From the NCBI GenBank assembly GCA_951406725.2, contig OX597815.1, positions 210,118,001 through 210,182,000 on the forward strand: 64,000 nucleotides of DNA, in the 5' to 3' direction. The DNA comes from Octopus vulgaris (Eukaryota). This document shows positions 12,644 to 26,745 of the stretch, one piece after another. Each line of letters opens with the position of its first letter. Position 1 is the first letter of the stretch. The translations under genes were made by a program, and so were the position numbers. The notes under the pieces are model-generated. The model saw only the letters and a list, made by a program, of their open reading frames with translations, ran no database searches and had not been told where the DNA came from.

Positions 12644-12821
12644 AGAAATATGTGAAACAATACGTATACAAACACACATACAATCAAACATACACATGAA
12701 CACACATGCTCGCACGCAAATGCATTCATGAGGTGAATAATATCTCCCTGTATACATCAATACACACATATTTACAAATATGTATATAAAAAGTAAAGGC
12801 ATACAAACAAAAATGCCTATA

Positions 12822-13015
12822 CAGAAATCCCTCGACTATCGTGGGTGTTACGTTCCAAAACCTCGTACAGAAATAATTAAAATCTAAAAAATATTAATAT
12901 CTATCGGCCGCAGAAACACGCGATACACTGAAGAGTCCGTGATATAAATATACAGAAAATATCGCAACGTACTGAGTGCGCGGTAGGTGAAACGCGATAT
13001 GGCGAGGGATTACTG
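12822..13015. mobile_element. Tc1/mariner-superfamily (pogo/Tigger-like) MITE
   Basis: TA-cagaaatccctcgactatcg ... cgatatggcgagggattactg-TA: imperfect TIRs with a TA duplication. Confidence 0.8.
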
Positions 13016-13513
13016 TACATACGTACATGAATATATTATGTATACATGGATAGATATACGTCCAAATATGCGTATATACATATAGGCATACACACAGACA
13101 TATATATATATATATATATATATATAAGCTTGTATATATTCATCAATGTGTATATGTATAATAAATGTCAGGAAATTAGGCAGTAAATGTTTCGTGGTAC
13201 ATGCATACACACATAAGTACTTCACTAAGTCAATCTTAAATTGACAAAAATCAGGAACTCTCTAAACTCACAAAGACTTGTTACTTTGTGAGCAAACAGC
13301 TTGAACTCACTCAAACAAAACTTAAATTAAACACAAAGAAAGATCATACATACATAAATACATACGTCTGCGTATATATATATATTGAGAGAGATAATTA
13401 GATAAATAAATAGACAGATAGATAGATAGACAGACAGACAGACAGTTAGATAGATATAGATATAAAGATATATATGCAAATTGTATTCTCTATATCACTC
13501 CGCATTTTGGAGA

Positions 13514-13578
<65 letters not shown>

Positions 13579-13589
13579 TGTATATATAT

Positions 13590-13792
13590 ACTCCTTTTAC
13601 TTGTTTCAGTCATTTGACTGCGGCCAAGCTGGAGCACCGCCTTTAGTCGAGCAAATCGACTCCGGGATTTATTCATTGTAAGCCCAGTACTTATTATATC
13701 GGTCCCTTTTGCCGAACCGCTAAGTGACACACCAGCAACGGTTGTCAAGCAATGCTAGGGGGACAAACACAGACACACAAACATATACACAC

Positions 13793-13831
<39 letters not shown>

Positions 13832-13986
13832 TACGACAGACTTCTTTCAGTTTACGTCTACCAAATCCATTCACAAGGCATTAGTCGGCCCAAGGCTATA
13901 GCAGAAGCCACTTGGCCAAGGTGCCACGCAGTGGGACTAAACCCGGAACCATGTGGTTGGTAAGCAAGCTACTTACCACACAGCCA
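13590..13986 (-). mobile_element. tRNA-derived SINE family B with internal (TA)n
   Basis: Minus head tggctgtgtggtaagtagcttgc...ccgggtttagtccc. Same family at 17165, 35014 and 49632. Confidence 0.9.
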
Positions 13987-14069
13987 TATATGTGTGTGTG
14001 TGTGTTTGTATATGTATACATATATATATATATATTCATAAATGTATACATATATATATATTCATATAG

Positions 14070-14104
<35 letters not shown>

Positions 14105-14118
14105 AATATATATATAGT

Positions 14119-14180
<62 letters not shown>

Positions 14181-14311
14181 TACTCTGCATGCATATATAA
14201 CACGTTTAAATATATATGGAAATATGTATATATTATTAAATCTATGTTTTAGACATTGTTTGTATATATGTTTATATTTTATGTATATGTGTGTTTCTAT
14301 ATATGTATATA

Positions 14312-14356
<45 letters not shown>

Positions 14357-14500
14357 ATATATATGTATATATGTATATATATATACACATATTTACATAT
14401 ATATATACACACATATATACATATATACATACACACATAAACATAAAATATACATATTTACATATATATTTAAACGTGTTATATATATGCTTGCATAGTA

Positions 14501-14542
<42 letters not shown>

Positions 14543-14603
14543 ATCTATAAATATATATATATATGTCTGTCTATCTGTCTGTCTATCTATCTATCTATCT
14601 ATA

Positions 14604-14653
<50 letters not shown>

Positions 14654-14914
14654 TTTATCTATCAATCTATCTATTTGTCAATCTATCTATCTATATATCT
14701 ATCTATCATACACACACTTACGCAGACACATAATTTGAATTAGTCACGTTTTATGCCATATGTATATCATATATTTATCCACTTATATGGTTAGAGATAT
14801 ATAAGCGTCTGTATACATATAATTTTGTCTATATAATTCTGTATATATACCTATGTTTGCGTCCATGTCTGTGTATACATACATGCAGATGTATACAATA
14901 TGAATATATATATG

Positions 14915-14945
<31 letters not shown>

Positions 14946-15597
14946 GCATGCGTGTATATGTTTATATATATAAATATATATTTTTAGATATATATATATT
15001 TATGTATGCCTACACACACACACATATATATATATCATATATATGTACACATATACACATCACAACACTCACAGTGACACTCCCGTTTCTCTTACACAGA
15101 TATATTTGCGTGTGTATGAATACGTATTTGTACAGGTCTACATCTGCACATATATACACTCAGACATACGCACGTCATATTTTATGCATACATACGTGTG
15201 CTATTATTTTATGTGTGTTTGTTGGTTTATGAGTATGTGTGTGTGGTGGGGTGTTCATTCATTAATAATTTTCCTTACATATTCATATATGTACTTTTAT
15301 CAGTATAATATTTAGATCACATTAATCCCTCAGTTTCCCCACAGGCAAAGAACTCCAAAGGCCTATGTCTATCAATCTATATAAGCACTCATAGGTGTGT
15401 TTTTACTTGACTGTATCTCAATATTCTATTGTGTTCATCAGTAGCAGCAACAAATATGAACCAAGTGATTCTTAGTAATAATCAAATATAAAAGAGCGAA
15501 AATAATTTAAATGAACAATATACATTGAATAAAAGGGAGTCATTTGTACAGACACAAATGCGCACTCACACACACAGAACCACACACACATTCATTC

Positions 15598-15728
<131 letters not shown>

Positions 15729-15849
15729 TACATATATACTTATATAAATACATGTATGTATATGTATATATATATCTATATATTTATATATGTATATATA
15801 TGTATATATACACACACACATATATATATATCTGTCAATCTATCTAATA

Positions 15850-15952
<103 letters not shown>

Positions 15953-16182
15953 TAGAGTTCGATTTGAAAACCCCACTAGAATGGGAAAAAGCGCTAACAT
16001 ATGATCTAAGTTATATGATGTATAAAAACATGTAATATACAAATAAATATCTGTAAATATAAAACCATCCGAATTTCTGACTACCTCATTTCCTCTAATA
16101 TATAATACCTGTACATCATCTCAAAACCTTCCAATATATATATATATATATAAATATATATATATACATCATCTCAAAACCT

Positions 16183-16222
<40 letters not shown>

Positions 16223-16224
<2 letters not shown>

Positions 16225-16391
16225 TTTATTTTAAGCAGCAGAAAATTCAACAAAATCTGTTACTCTGAGTTTCTCGTTGCCGTTCATCAGACAGTTTTTG
16301 CTAGAATTTTGTTGAATTTTCTGCTGCTTAAAATAAAGCATATTACTCTACCACTGGTATTTGAGTACTCTTTTTTCCACCTTGTTTCACA
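16223..16391. mobile_element. Short inverted-repeat element with a hammerhead, in (TA)n
   Basis: ~33-bp arms ctttattttaagcagcagaaaattcaacaaaat / attttgttgaattttctgctgcttaaaataaag. (TA)n on both sides. Confidence 0.8.
16257..16294 (-). ncRNA. Minimal type I hammerhead ribozyme (38 nt)
   Basis: CUGU CUGAUGA A-CG-GCAA-CG-A GAAA CU CAG AG UA^ACAG. Stem I is CUGU/ACAG. Confidence 0.8.
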
Positions 16392-16408
16392 TTTATGTGT
16401 TTACTCCG

Positions 16409-16516
<108 letters not shown>

Positions 16517-17106
16517 GTGAACACGCATTATTAGAGCTGTGTAACTGTGAGTGTGTCTGTACTAAATACATGTGACACTAGACATTAAAAACCCAATAAA
16601 TATTTATATAATGATGTGAAGCTACCTGTTTAACACATTCCTACTTCAATTGTGGGTAAAATATATGAAAAAAAAAAGCATAATCTCATTCAATGTTAGT
16701 ATAACGGAAACATGTTTTGCATATAATATTACTCTAATGAATAATAAGTGATACGTTATTATTTATAGAATTGTAAATATAAGTTTTATTCTGCACAACT
16801 AGAAAAAAAAAACAAAAAAAAAAAACGAATGCCATTCGCACATATCTATACACACATCTACACATGAAAGCACACATTCACGCTCATTTATATTCGCACG
16901 TACACCTTATGCATATATATCTACACACCTATACTATAGATGTGTTTGTGCGTGTAGATGAGTGTATATTTATAAATATAGAAGCACATGTGGATGTTTA
17001 TCCACACCTACATCTTGTTCTCTATCTTGCTCGCTTTCTTTATTTCTGTTTCTCACTTACCTTCCCCCCCTCTGTCACGTCTTATACATACATACATACA
17101 TACACA

Positions 17107-17151
<45 letters not shown>

Positions 17152-17164
17152 GTATATATATATT

Positions 17165-17383
17165 ACTCTTTTATACTCTTTTACTTGTTTCAGTCATTTG
17201 AGTGCGGCCATGCTGGAGCACCGCCTTTTTAGTCGAGCAAATCGACCCCGAGACTTATTCTTTTGTAAGCCCAGTACTTATTCTATCGGTCTCTTTTGCC
17301 GAACCGCTAAGTGACGGGGACGTAAACACACCAGCATCGGTTGTCAAGCAATGCTAAGGGGACAAACACACACACGCATACAC

Positions 17384-17448
<65 letters not shown>

Positions 17449-17601
17449 CGACAGGCTTCTTTCAGTTTCCGTCTACCAAATCCACTCACAAGGCATTGGT
17501 CGGCCCGGGGCTATAGCAGAAGACACCTGCCTAAGATGCCACGCAGTGGGACTGAGTCCGGAACCATGTGGTTGGTTAGCAAGCTACTTACCACACAGCC
17601 A
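17165..17601 (-). mobile_element. SINE family B
   Basis: Near-complete copy with internal (TA)n. Confidence 0.9.
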
Positions 17602-17656
17602 CGGATGGATATATATGTATATATATGTATGGATGTATGGATGTATATATATATGC

Positions 17657-17687
<31 letters not shown>

Positions 17688-17997
17688 CTTACGAACATAG
17701 GTTCACCTGCATTATTATTTGCCAACTGAAAATACATAAATTCTATGGTGTAATTCGTTAAATAAAAAAGATAATATGTAGAACGTTTTGAAATAGTATT
17801 AGTTAAAATGTAATGAATCTAAGTAAAAATATAACTTTTAAATAATACCACAATAAACGTACCTCTTCCTTGCTATTAACTAATTTCTATGAAAAATATG
17901 CAGCGAAGTGAAGGGTAATATAGTCTTTTAAAATGCTGCTGTTTTAAGTGATTGAGCCACGAATCATTAGAAATTGTGTATGTTATATATATGAGTG

Positions 17998-18032
<35 letters not shown>

Positions 18033-18100
18033 TGTGTATGTGTGTGTGTGTGTGTATAGATATATATATATATTGATATATAGATAGATAGATATAACTA

Positions 18101-18152
<52 letters not shown>

Positions 18153-18194
18153 GTGTGTGCATATATACATACATATATAGATATACATAATATA

Positions 18195-18330
18195 TATGTC
18201 TCTTTATTAGCCACACAGGACTGAGCACAGACGGGACAAATTACAAAATAGAGCTTTTCTTTTTGGTGAGAAAAAGAAAATTGGGTAGGTTTTCGATCAA
18301 AAGGGATCACAAAAAGGAAAGAAAAAACAC
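18195..18330 (-). mobile_element. Tx1-like LINE 3' UTR fragment
   Basis: Similar to 18993-19110 (ctttattagccacacagg...gacgggaca). Confidence 0.75.
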
Positions 18331-18790
18331 ATATATATATATATATATTTGTAAAAAATGAAGTTCGAAAATGCTGCTGTATTATACAATTTTTAATTTT
18401 TATATATACATTATAACATGTTTCAGTTCCTGAAATGAACCTTATCAAAAAAAGTTATATATAAAAAAAGACAGCTCATGCCGTCAAACACAAGAAATTC
18501 ATTTATAATACACAACGGAGTCAGACATCTTAGAGTTCATGTATAGTTGATATATAGTTTATGTATAGTTGATATATAGTTTGAAGTATATGTTCAACGT
18601 GTTCGATGCAGTGGCCCACGGTGGCGATACGTATTCAATACAAAAAACAGATCAAAGTGGTGGAAAGCGGTCAATACAGAAGATTGATGTTTCCGAAAGA
18701 GCGAGGAATTCATTTTTACCTTAAGCAATTGTGATGACCCATGGTGGATGTTCGCTTAGTGTGATTGGCTTTACTTCACACTCATTTCCA

Positions 18791-18840
<50 letters not shown>

Positions 18841-18924
18841 CTATCTATCTATCTATCTGTCACGCCTCCTTCCTTCAAACGGGAAGGAAGAGCTATATAT
18901 ATATATATACATATATATATAGAG

Positions 18925-18980
<56 letters not shown>

Positions 18981-18992
18981 TGATAGATGGAT

Positions 18993-19665
18993 ATGTTTCT
19001 TTATTAGCCACACAGGGCTGCACACAGACGGGACAGATTACAAAGTAGAGCTTTTCTTTTTTTGGAAAAAAAAATGTGGGGTAGGTTTTCGATCAAATGG
19101 GATCGTAAAAGGGAAAGAAGAAAAAAAGAAAAAAAAGGAAAAGAAGCAAAATAAAAGAAAAAAGAAAAAAGGTGAAGAAAAAAGAAAAAAGGGGAAAAAG
19201 AAAAAAAAACGATCAATAGGGATCGTGTGTCACAGTGTCATGTTGTACGGTGTAAAGGGGGAAGCAGATAAGGTTTATCCGTGGGAAGAAAAGCCTACGG
19301 AAAAAAACACGGTAACCTCGGTCAATATTGTTACATTTTACCACATTTGTTTGCAAGTGGGTAATTCTCTGTTTTCAATTTCTGGGTTCATAGGATTATG
19401 CTGAAGGTGGCTTCGTCATTCATACGTGCCATCCTTGCTACATTCACCCATCTTTTTTTAAAACATTCGCAAGACAAAACTTGCCTCTCTACTCTCACTT
19501 TCCTTTTCAAGTGGTACTTGAAGAAGTTGATGATGAGAGATTGACCAGAGAGGAAAGTGTTTGTCTCCAATCCTTTCAGACGCGTCCAACAGATACATTC
19601 TTTCGCCATAGCCACAAGGATGATGAAAATAGCTCTTCCTTCCCGTTTGAAGGAAGGAGGCGTGA
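18993..19665 (-). mobile_element. 5'-truncated Tx1/L1-clade LINE (ORF2 C-terminus plus 3' UTR) within (GATA)n
   Basis: TPPSFKREGRAIFIILVAMAKECICWTRLKGL...FFKYHLKRKVRVER...FKKRWV, T-rich UTR, ends ctaataaagaaacat. (TATC)n at both junctions. Confidence 0.8.
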
Positions 19666-19990
19666 CAGATAGATAGATAGATAGATACAGAGAGAGAGAG
19701 AGATCTTGGAAATGAGTGTGAAGTAAAGCCAATCACACTAAGATCCTCAGCATGGACAGAAGCCAGTAAACGTAAAACGAAGGAAAGAAAATTTTCAAAT
19801 ACCGGTTTACACTGATTGTACAGGAAGGTTGTGACTTTTAAAACTAATGGAATTTTGGATAATGTGACCCCGAAATGATAAAAGATTAAGTCAACAGCGA
19901 CGAAATTGGAAATCAAAACGTAAAGAAGGACAATATACTGCCAAGCACTTGGCTTGGAATTGTAACGATTCTGGCAGCTCACCGCCTTAA

Positions 19991-20059
<69 letters not shown>

Positions 20060-20066
<7 letters not shown>

Positions 20067-20561
20067 AACTCTAGTTGTGTGAGTGTCTGTCCCCTTCGAT
20101 TTAGATTCCTAACTCCTCCCACATTTTGCGGTGCAATTTAACCAAATTCGGGTATCTTATAGTCGTGATTCATATCGAGCCCGTCTGACTATTATTAGCG
20201 CGCGTCAACGATGAGTCTACGATTTTAAAAATAATTTAACATCATTTTTTATTCCATTTTAATGCATAAAATGCATCGTGTGTCGATGGCGGCGGAGTTG
20301 GCGTCCACGCTCACAGCTGCACCTGTTTGCTTCTCCCCCTTCCCTCCCTCGTGAAGCTGTGGGGAAGGGAGTGTAAAGAAATCAACGTCGTAATGCGTTG
20401 TGAAGGAAACCAGCGTTCTTTTAGAACAACGACTTCATGGCTTGAAGACACCAAAACAAAAATGGCTAAGAAAGCCCGAATTTATAAGGGAAGTAACTCT
20501 CTAAAAATGCTTATATAGTTATTTCCCTTACAAACCCGAGCAACGCCGGGCGATACTGCTA

Positions 20562-20562
<1 letters not shown>
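20060..20562 (+). mobile_element. Non-autonomous Helitron
   Basis: 3' subterminal hairpin cccgagcaacgccggg, then CTAG^T. Both ends shared with 63374-63721. The 5' TC is lost in (TA)n. Confidence 0.85.
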
Positions 20563-20595
<33 letters not shown>

Positions 20596-21271
20596 CTATC
20601 CATAAGTAACTATATTACACATTAGTGTTTGTTATAAACAATTTTTACGCTTAACGATTTATAGAATTCATGCATCAGCACAAACTTTATAATTATTTTA
20701 TTGTGATTTGTTTAAACATTTTAATTTTTATTTCACTTTAATTTTTTCTTCTAATTCGAATTGGTTACTGCCTGTGTCATGGTTGTATCGCTAGTAACTA
20801 AAAGATCACGTCTATTTCTATATTAATATGTCCAACAATATCCATTTTCACCAACACGTTTTCTACCACTATTCATCGTCATTCACTGTACAGTTAATTC
20901 AAACATATATAGTGCCTAATCTCATTTCAAAACTCTATTCATTGTTTTAATAATTCATAATAACATTTTACATTTCTATTTCCCAGTCTCTACTTCCTTA
21001 CTAATTAACTTATACATTTAAGCGTTTGGTCTGTATTATCACTAACATCTGAACCTTAAACGCATGTTCAATATTCAGTAATAGTATTTATGGTAGACTT
21101 TCACCTTTTATACGTGTTGAGTCTTAGTATCTAAACACATAAAACAATTTGATTTCATTTACGCTATTTTACTTTTGTTTATATAACAACCAATTTATCT
21201 CCCCAACTTCTTCTTTCTCATCTCTGCCTCTATATAATCTTTCAATTTATTTGAGTATATTTAATTTTTGT

Positions 21272-22652
21272 CCGCGTCGTTGATTTAGCATTAATCTTTA
21301 TGCAAGCTGATTGTTTCCAACGCAGGCTCCGTTTAATCAGTGTGTCCAGCTCCCTATACGCTTTGGATTTCCTGTTCCCGATCCTTTATTTCTTACTCAT
21401 CATTGAAATGATCTCTTCAGTAATCCTATTTTTAATAGGTTTTTTTCTTGGGTAGGATTTCCTGGGTTGTATCTACTAAGGTGACTCTAATTATTTTCAT
21501 GTAATCTCCATGCCATTATCAATCTGTTCTCTATATTGATAGCATCCTCCACCTGCACATCTGACACATTTAACAGATCAAAACCCACTTCCTTTGAAGT
21601 TCTTGCTTTCTTCAACTTCTTTAATTAACATTGTAGTGTGCAAAATACTGGTACAGGGTCGCTTCCAAAGTCTGCTCCTTGATATGTTTTTGCATGTTTT
21701 ACTGATCTTTTAAATCTGTCATTGATGCCTGTATAACCAATGTGGTTTCTGGGCCCTTCCTCGTGTAAACCCTTCTATGATGCTCCTTAAACCATGTGTT
21801 CGTAATAATCATATTCTGTGCCTCGCACCACCACCAGTCTCCGCTTCTCTTCTATCTGCTGTGAGTGCATAAACAACTATGAGGGAAATGTTAAAAGGAT
21901 GCCCATGCGGTTAAAACAACAGAACTCTTTCACTTACTGTCCAATAGCTAAGGACACATTTTGCCATATCAGGATCTAACAGTAGTCCTGCTCCTTTATT
22001 ATGCTTGTTTCCATCTGTATAAAACATCTTGAAATCATTCATGATGGAGTCGCCATTATTCCGCAACCGTGTTTCATTTCTGCCCAATGTGTTGTTTAGT
22101 CTCCTTTCTTGCTTAACATTTTCAACCTTGCCCCTTTGATATAAAGTTCTCACATTCAAGCTTCCAACTCCGTTGATACTTCTGTTTCTAAAAGTAGTTT
22201 GCTGACAGTCAGGACCATCTGCTGCTCAGGGATTACCTACCGGGCGAGAAACCATTCTCATTAGAGGCCGTTATCTGCCAGCATTGAATTGTGACTATCC
22301 ATATTTGTTCATGGGAATTGTAAAGTAAAGAAGCGGTTTCCAGTTGCCTTCTTTGCTGTAGCGTGACGGCCGCATCTAGGGTTACCACAACACCTGTCAC
22401 TTAATCAAGATCTTCCGTATCGCTCGCACTGCACCGCTGTCGCACGGTACATAGCATTGCTAGGCTTATTTAAAGGCGACCCAAACTCATCCTACCACAA
22501 CAACAGTATTAGGATATGTCGCTTTAAAGATCCTGCTGGTACCAACCAAACAGTAACGGACCCCCGTTACTGTTGTGGTTCCCTTTTCAGTCACCTTTTA
22601 CGACTCGCAGAGGATACGTGGGAGGCATTCTTTTAAAGCCTAATCCCCAGGC
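21272..22652 (-). mobile_element. RTE-clade LINE 5' part (5' UTR plus APE endonuclease), decayed
   Basis: NVRTLYQRGKVENVKQE...KGAGLLL...YWTVSERV and RNHIGYTGINDRFKRSVKHAKTYQGADFGSD, typical of the RTE/BovB APE domain. Many lesions. Confidence 0.85.
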
Positions 22653-23296
22653 CTCTTAGATACCGATTTCTTGTAAATTAATCTATATTGCTTCATATAC
22701 ATCCATGTTTCTAACTAACGACTACCATTTATGACTTGCCTTTTTCATGCTTTTCTGTCTATACTGTCTTTGATTAGATTCCCGCTTCCACTAGCCATAA
22801 TATGCACGTAATAGAACTATAGGAGTTTTCTATAAATTGTTTTATGTGATACTGAAATATTAATATTCTTATCATCATCGCATACTTATTGACAATTGTT
22901 TCTGTATAGCATTATTTCAATATTCAAGGGACATTCGGAGGCTACTATTAAGCTGGGGTTTATGCTAATCTAATTTCTATTTTATATTCTTCAATCCAAT
23001 TTTCTAATAACCTTTGTGGCACCAAATATTTAAGTGACAAAATTCTACTTGAGTGTATTTGCTGTCAATTCTTTTATCGTATTTTATATATGTTAAATGG
23101 AATTGTCTCGTAACTCCACTCTAACCCTCTAAATTTAAACCGTCGACCTTAAAGCAAATTCAAAACACAGGTAATATTCGCAAATTATTGTTCATGTATG
23201 TATGTGAGTGTGTAAAGATATATAGATATAGATAAACACACATATATGTGAGTATGCATATATTTATATGTATATTTATATTTATTTGTATATGTA

Positions 23297-24075
23297 CAGG
23301 GTGCGGTGAATATAATATCGTCTAAATGACACAAAAATGAAAATAATACTGACATCTCATTTTAACAGTTATATTCACCAAAATTACATAAAAATATTTT
23401 GAAATACTAAAGAGTAAATTTATTCAATAAAATTGCTATTGGCTTCAACCAGCGCCTCTAGACGACTTCGGAATCTCCTGTAACTCTTTTGGACGGGTAC
23501 TTTGTTTAAGTTGGTGAATGCTGCCATAATCCTTGCCTTCATTTCATTTTTGTTATTACAAGGAGTATAGTTGGTGTCTCGCTCAACTGCACCCCACACA
23601 TAATAATCAAGGGGGTTACAGCATGGGGAATTAAGTGGCCAGATGTTAGGTGTGATGTGGTCGCAGATATTGTCTGACAGCCATGACCGGGTTCTTCTGC
23701 TTGTGCGGCACAGTGCAGAGTTCTGTCGCCAGACTCAGGGACTTCTACACGCTTGACCTAGGGTAGCACTAGCACCTCATGGCACTTGATGTAGGCCTTC
23801 GTGTTGAGTCTTACGCTACGTGGGAAGATGAGTGCAGGCATAACGTCGCCATCAATAGGGATCACTCCAACGCAATGATGTTTGATTTTTTATCACTCTC
23901 TGTACATGTTTAGGGGACACAGCAAGCCAATGGTTGCTTTGTGTATTCACCTTCTGATCCTGGCAGAAATTCTTCTCGTCTGAGAAAAACCAAAACATGT
24001 TCGTTTCGGACACTTCACAAAACTGAAAATGTTGCTTATGCGTTCACGGGTCATCATGCAAGTTATGAAATGCCT
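23297..24075 (-). mobile_element. Tc1/mariner (maT/DD37D-like) transposon relic
   Basis: TA-CAGGGTG terminus. Minus translation WPLNSPCCNPLDYYVWGAVERDTN...RRFRSRLEALVEANSNFIE*. Confidence 0.85.
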
Positions 24076-24240
24076 GATGATGTTCTTGAAAAAGAAAGAA
24101 TAATATACGCATGCACAAATACACATTATGTGTGTGTTTGTAAGTGTTTGTGTACGCGTCACTGTAGTCATTGAAGGAGTGGGAATTGGTTTTTTCGCCG
24201 TGAATATGCTTTTGTGTACATGTCTGTGGGTCCCAACGAG

Positions 24241-24328
<88 letters not shown>

Positions 24329-24355
24329 CATCTATCTATCTATCTATCTATCTAT
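24241..24355. repeat. (TATC)n microsatellite
   Basis: Directly visible. Confidence 0.95.
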
Positions 24356-24640
24356 TATTCATATATATATTGACATTAAATGAAATATTAAAACACGGTA
24401 TGCAAATTAGTAGCTCCACTTCTCTGTAGGGACTGGATATCTTATGTACATAAACAGTATAACTTCTTACTTCTCATGGTTTAGTCAAATGATGTAGACA
24501 CCTCTAATGAGAACTGAATAAGCCTAGGAAATTGATTAAGGATATTCGTCATTATCTACGGAGAAACAGTTAAATATACCACGCCTGTAATATGTCTGCT
24601 ACATAAGTTTACAAACACACATATGTAGGATAGAGTATGC

Positions 24641-24686
<46 letters not shown>

Positions 24687-26309
24687 ATATGTGCGTGTAC
24701 ATACATACATCCATATATATATATGTTTGTAATAAATATTGTAAACCTTATTGAAATACAAGATTCCTTGGTGACGACAAAAATAACCAATTTTTCCACA
24801 ACGATTCACAAATTATACTCCGATGTTATATTTGTGAATCGACCCTCCCAGTGTTGAGCACACATTCTTCTAGTTTGGTACATAGGTGTATGTGCGTGTG
24901 CGTGCGCGTGCGCGCGTGTGTATGTATGTGTAATTATATATGGATACATATGCGCACATTTATATGTATACAGAGAGAGATACAGAGTGAGGGCGAAAGT
25001 GACAGGGTGGAACAGAAAGGAAAGACAGATAAACAGACGAACAATGATAAACAATTTAGAAATCTTTGGCCTTTTTTTATTCAGTCTCTGATGTGGAGGT
25101 AAATTAGAACGTATTCAGTCATCTAGGATATTTGAATACAGATATTTTATCGTTCTTCGAAGTATAAAATCTAAAACTAAATTTGAGACATTTGCAACCA
25201 GCGAAAAAGATCTTACTGTGTATTGCACATCATTTTATACATTCAGTTCCCTTTATAAATATTGATTATTGGAAATATATTTGAAAAAACGTTTTCCTAT
25301 CTTGACGGTACGTATTGGCAGCATATATAAGGTTCATATATACAACATTATAATATTTCATCAGTAAATATTATATCCTTTATTACGTGGCCTGTTTTGG
25401 AATGATGCACTACATAATATATCATCAGAATATTTAATATAATATTAGTATATCTTCACATTAAAAAGAAAAAGAAAACAGGATTTACTTATCTTTCACA
25501 AGTTTTATATCTATGTTTATATTTCCTGCTGCAACACCCAAAGTTTATATAAATCATAAGACAGCATAAATCAATACAATCTCTAAGAGCTACTGATTGC
25601 CCGTTTATATATAGATCTCAGTATATATAGATATCTACAAATGCATACACAAAATTTTCCTTTACAATCGATTAAATTACGTTTTTTAGAAAGAGATAAA
25701 TATTTCAAAGGTGATTTTTTATGTATATAAACTTATGAATACTGTATTAACAACTCAATGATTATGCTAATGCATACATATGGGTGAGTTAGTGTATGTT
25801 GATTTACCTTTGATGAACCAGTTTTTCGATGTTCGTATCTATACATATGTGGTTGTACGTGTTGAGGCCTATAAGTGCAGTAGTAGAGGATTCTATAGCT
25901 AAAAACTAAATTAAAAAGTGCTACATTGATATCTGTAAAAATTTGGTATGAGCAGTGAAAGTTAAACATACAATAGATCATGTGCTGCGTATTTTAACAT
26001 TTTAATCGGTTTTGAGAAAAAAGCATCCCTAAACGAACTGAAGTTGCAGCACAGTAAAGACGTAAGAAGAATGAGAATTAGAAATGAAGAATGCAAAACA
26101 TTCTCAGTTACTGACAAGAAATGATTGGATGAATCACTATTCTCATGTCTGCATCCGTCTCATATCTCAGAGCTTGTATTATGTCGTCTCATCTCAGAGA
26201 GAATCTCCATTTATAGAACACACGCCTATTTTATTCTTTTCTCTTTAACGGTCATCTGTCCTCTACACTAACTCAAATACGATTTTTTCAGTATGCTCAT
26301 ATGCTTTTC

Positions 26310-26745
26310 TTTTCTACTCTAGGCACAAGGCCCCAAACTTTGAGGGATAGGACCAGTCGATTAGATCGACTCCTGTACGTAAATGGTACTTAATTTATCA
26401 ACCCCGAAAGGATAAAAGGCAAAGTCGACCAGGGCGGAATTTGAACTCAGAACGTAAAGACAGACGAAATACCGCTAAGTATTTTGTCCGGTGTGCTAAC
26501 GTTTCTTATTTCTTTACTGCCCACAAGGGGCTACACACAGAGGAGACAAACAAGGACTGACAAATGGATTGAGTCGATTATATCGACTCCAGTGCGTAAC
26601 TGGTACTTATTTAATCGACCCCAAAAGGATGAAAGGCAAAGTCGACGTCGACGGAATTTGAATTCAGAATGTAGCGGCAGACGAAATGCCGCTAAGCATT
26701 TCCATTTCGCCCGGTGTGCTAACGTTTCTACCAGTTCGCCGCCTT
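26310..26745 (-). mobile_element. SINE family A (tandem)
   Basis: Reverse complement of the family A head and body. Confidence 0.9.

Noticed and set aside
18412-18450. Minus-strand UUGAUAA-gguuc..gaacu-GAAACAUGUU
   Set aside because: Two core substitutions and no credible stem I. At most a relic.
22575-22652. HDV-like ribozyme call for the RTE 5' end
   Set aside because: P2 and the catalytic C could not be placed by hand. Kept only as an unassigned structure.
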